A stretch of DNA of 61,824 nt, counting the filler, from Desulfonatronovibrionaceae bacterium (GTDB taxonomy: Bacteria; Desulfobacterota; Desulfovibrionia; Desulfovibrionales; Desulfonatronovibrionaceae), in the NCBI GenBank assembly GCA_046539845.1. It is 4 parts of 4 records of this genome, joined end to end, with 100 filler letters (N's around TTAATTAATTAA, not from the genome) between each part and the next. Parts side by side here need not be neighbours in the genome. Positions count along the whole stretch, not along the records: positions 47,368 to 61,824 come from JBKHGE010000049.1; 3 more parts are not named here. One strand, 5' to 3'. A program made the translations under genes and the position numbers. Below, piece after piece: positions 59,363 through 61,824 of the stretch (position 1 is its first letter; every line of letters starts with the position of its first letter). The notes under the pieces were generated by a model. It was not told the origin of the DNA. It worked only from the letters and a program-made list of their open reading frames with translations, and ran no database searches.

Positions 59363-59614
59363 ACAAGTCTAAGTCCAAAACAGGCAAAGGCTTGCCGGTT
59401 GCGATTTGACCTCCCTTATAATAAGTTTGCTCCATGAAAAGCAGCTTTGGTGGACTGGTTCAGGCAGAGAACCACCCAGGCTCGGCGGCGGATTCGGCCG
59501 CGGCCGGCAGTCTCCACGAAAACACGGACCGGGATTGGCCAGTGGATCGCATTGTTCAGCCTCTTGGCCGGGCAGACCGCGGCTTTAATTTTGGAAGGGA
59601 GAAAAAGAAAAGAC

Positions 59615-61111
59615 ATGAACTCAGGCAAATTAAATGCCATAAGCTTATTTTCCGGTGTTGTTTTGGCCGCTTTTTTACTTCTGGGTACAGCCGGATGCAT
59701 AACCGTAGGCCCGGAGTATAACCCCCCGGCGGTTAACGCAAGCGGGGAATGGAACACAGAGCCGGAAAACGGCCTGCGTAAGGGGCCCGTGGATACGGAA
59801 GAGCTGGCAAAATGGTGGAAAAAACTCAATGATCCCGCTTTAACCCGGCTTATCCGCAAGGCGGTAAACGATAACCTGGATCTGGCCATGGCCAGGGCCA
59901 CCCTACAGGAAGCACGGGCCAGAAGGGGTGCGGCCCGAGCCGGACAGTTCCCCACCCTTGATGCCGCCGGCTCGATCACCAAGGCCAAATCCTCCGAGGA
60001 CACAGGTAGCCCTGAGACGTCAAAGGCGCACGAACTATATAAAGCCGGATTCGATGCCTCGTGGGAACTGGATGTCTTCGGCGGGGTCAGGCGGGCGGTG
60101 GAGGCTGCTCAGGCGGATCTAGAGGCGCAGCAGGAAAATCTGCGCGACGTTTTGGTCAGCATAAGCGCGGAAGTGGCCCTGAACTATATTGAAGTCAGGA
60201 CATATCAGAACCGTCTGGATATAGCCCGAAAAAACATCCGCATCCAGGAGAAGACAAAAGAACTCACTTCTTCTCTGCGCGAAGCCGGGCTGGGTACCGA
60301 ATTGGCAGTCCAGCAGGCCGGCTACAATCTCTCCTCCACCCGGTCCCGGATACCCACTCTCAAAGCCGGCCTGGAAGCAGCCAAAAACAGGTTGGCCGTA
60401 CTCACCGGGCAAAACCCCGGGGCTGTACACGACCTGCTCGCGGAGAGTTCCCGGATCCCGACAGTGAGTTCAGAAGTAGCCGTAGGGGTACCGGCCGAGG
60501 CCCTGCGCCGCCGGCCGGATGTGCGCAGGGCGGAGCGGGAGCTGGCCGCCCAGACCGCCCGCATTGGCGAGGCCAGATCCGATTTGTTCCCCAAATTCCG
60601 TCTTTTGGGCTCAGTGGGACTGGAAACCATCGAGCACGAGCCGGAATTCTTCCACACCGACTACAGCTTTTGGTCTATAGGGCCATCTATCACTTGGAAT
60701 ATATTCGATGCCGGCGCAGTACGACGGAATATAGACGTACAGACCGCTAAGCAGCAGCAACGGCTCATAAACTACGAAAAGACCATACTCACCGCACTGG
60801 AAGACACGGAAAACGCCCTGACTGATTTTGCCCGGGGACAGGAAAAGAAAAATGAACTTGCAGACGCCGTCCGGTCCGCACGCAAAGCGGAAAGCATGGC
60901 CCGGGGGAATTACCAAGCGGGCTTGGTGGACTTTATTGACGTTTTGAGCGCGCAGAAGGCGGTACTAAGCTACGAGGACGAACTCGCGCAGAGTAAAAGC
61001 GCGGTCACCTCCAGCCTGATTAGCCTGTACAAGGCCCTGGGCGGTGGCTGGCAGAATTACTGGGTTGAAGAGGATGTATCCCTGTCCGGGGCTGCGGACC
61101 CGGAATCCTAA
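59615..61111 (+). CDS. Efflux outer-membrane factor lipoprotein (NodT/OprM family)
   Basis: Lipobox TAGC then VGPEY, WW...DP.L, SWELDVFG, RRPDVRRAER, LYKALGGGW; start ATG 59615. Confidence 0.94.
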   Translation: MNSGKLNAISLFSGVVLAAFLLLGTAGCITVGPEYNPPAVNASGEWNTEPENGLRKGPVDTEELAKWWKKLNDPALTRLIRKAVNDNLDLAMARATLQEARARRGAARAGQFPTLDAAGSITKAKSSEDTGSPETSKAHELYKAGFDASWELDVFGGVRRAVEAAQADLEAQQENLRDVLVSISAEVALNYIEVRTYQNRLDIARKNIRIQEKTKELTSSLREAGLGTELAVQQAGYNLSSTRSRIPTLKAGLEAAKNRLAVLTGQNPGAVHDLLAESSRIPTVSSEVAVGVPAEALRRRPDVRRAERELAAQTARIGEARSDLFPKFRLLGSVGLETIEHEPEFFHTDYSFWSIGPSITWNIFDAGAVRRNIDVQTAKQQQRLINYEKTILTALEDTENALTDFARGQEKKNELADAVRSARKAESMARGNYQAGLVDFIDVLSAQKAVLSYEDELAQSKSAVTSSLISLYKALGGGWQNYWVEEDVSLSGAADPES

Positions 61112-61824
61112 CCCCGAACAGGGACGACGATCTTGCGGCCGTAGCGCTTAAGGGCCGGTGTGCCCTTACCGTGCCGCACCACCCGGAATGTAGACTCAAA
61201 ATCAAAGGGCACTGTTCCGGCCAGAAACGATACCCTGGTGCCTGCAAAGGCCTCGGGACAAAGCGGCGCGCTCGGTCCCAGCAATGCAACCGGCACCCCG
61301 GCCGGGACATGCCTGAGGATGTCTTCCACTGTGCCGTTAATAATCGAAGTGGCACTCAGGATAAGGGCCTTTGAGCCTTCCCCCAGTCCGGACAAGACCT
61401 CGGCAGTATCCCCGATCCCCCGACCCAGGTCGGCCACGTCCACCCCGACCCGCATGCGATTCAGCCTCTCCACCAGCGGCTTGAAATACCCGATCATGGC
61501 CACGCGGCTGCCACTCTCCAGACCCAGCTCCCGAAAAAGGATATCGTTCTCCCTGTCATCGCCTGGAGACCCGGCCGCTTCCTCGTAGTTCAAGGCATTT
61601 ATCAGGGCCAAGGCCATGGACCGATATACCGGGCTACCGGACAGGATGTGCGGCAAAAGTGCACTCGCCGGCCGGCCTTCAAACTCTTGGTCCGGATCCA
61701 TGGCGCAGCATCCCGGGGCTATGTTCCCGGCAAAAGTATTGGCCAGCCCCACCCCACCCGGTTCGGTACGCACTGCCGTATAAGCCAGCCCGATGTTTAA
61801 CCGGGCTATCCGGGTCTCTTGGGC
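61108..61824 (-). CDS. DUF364 Rossmann-like protein, 5' end outside the window
   Basis: IG..YTAV...VGLA, ALINAL, VAMIGYF.P, SATSIINGT, LLGPS.P; frame open to the window end. Confidence 0.8.
   Translation of the reverse strand, partial: AQETRIARLNIGLAYTAVRTEPGGVGLANTFAGNIAPGCCAMDPDQEFEGRPASALLPHILSGSPVYRSMALALINALNYEEAAGSPGDDRENDILFRELGLESGSRVAMIGYFKPLVERLNRMRVGVDVADLGRGIGDTAEVLSGLGEGSKALILSATSIINGTVEDILRHVPAGVPVALLGPSAPLCPEAFAGTRVSFLAGTVPFDFESTFRVVRHGKGTPALKRYGRKIVVPVRG

Overview
The window is four concatenated contigs (1-15822, 15923-31624, 31725-47267, 47368-61824) joined by artificial N44-TTAATTAATTAA-N44 spacers. Gene content (rubredoxins, desulfoferrodoxin, Roo, DVU0298- and DVU0772-like genes) points to a Desulfovibrionales sulfate reducer; that assignment is inferred. 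Most genes are housekeeping or typical accessory genes: mreB, trmFO, dnaE, queD, dtd, RND efflux, c-di-GMP proteins and a PerR oxidative-stress cluster. The standout is 10165-12498, one intact 777-aa ORF in which a full-length IS481-family transposase with its DDE catalytic positions substituted or lost is fused in frame to an apparently intact class III PLP aminotransferase. It heads a yodT-yodS-yodR-yodQ-like operon plus a thiolase, and is a candidate domesticated transposase acting as the DNA-binding module of an enzyme-regulator. Next to it is a two-subunit cytochrome bd-superfamily complex whose large subunit carries eight c-type heme motifs. Contig 3 has four lesions: a DNA methyltransferase cut at an IS-like end, a frameshifted DMT transporter, a microhomology deletion in a REC-PP2C-kinase gene, and an in-frame TAG in the adjacent STAS gene. 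Genes absent from the ORF track were recovered by hand (two rubredoxins, a thiolase 5' end, a 50-aa sORF). All family assignments come from motif recognition; no database searches were run.
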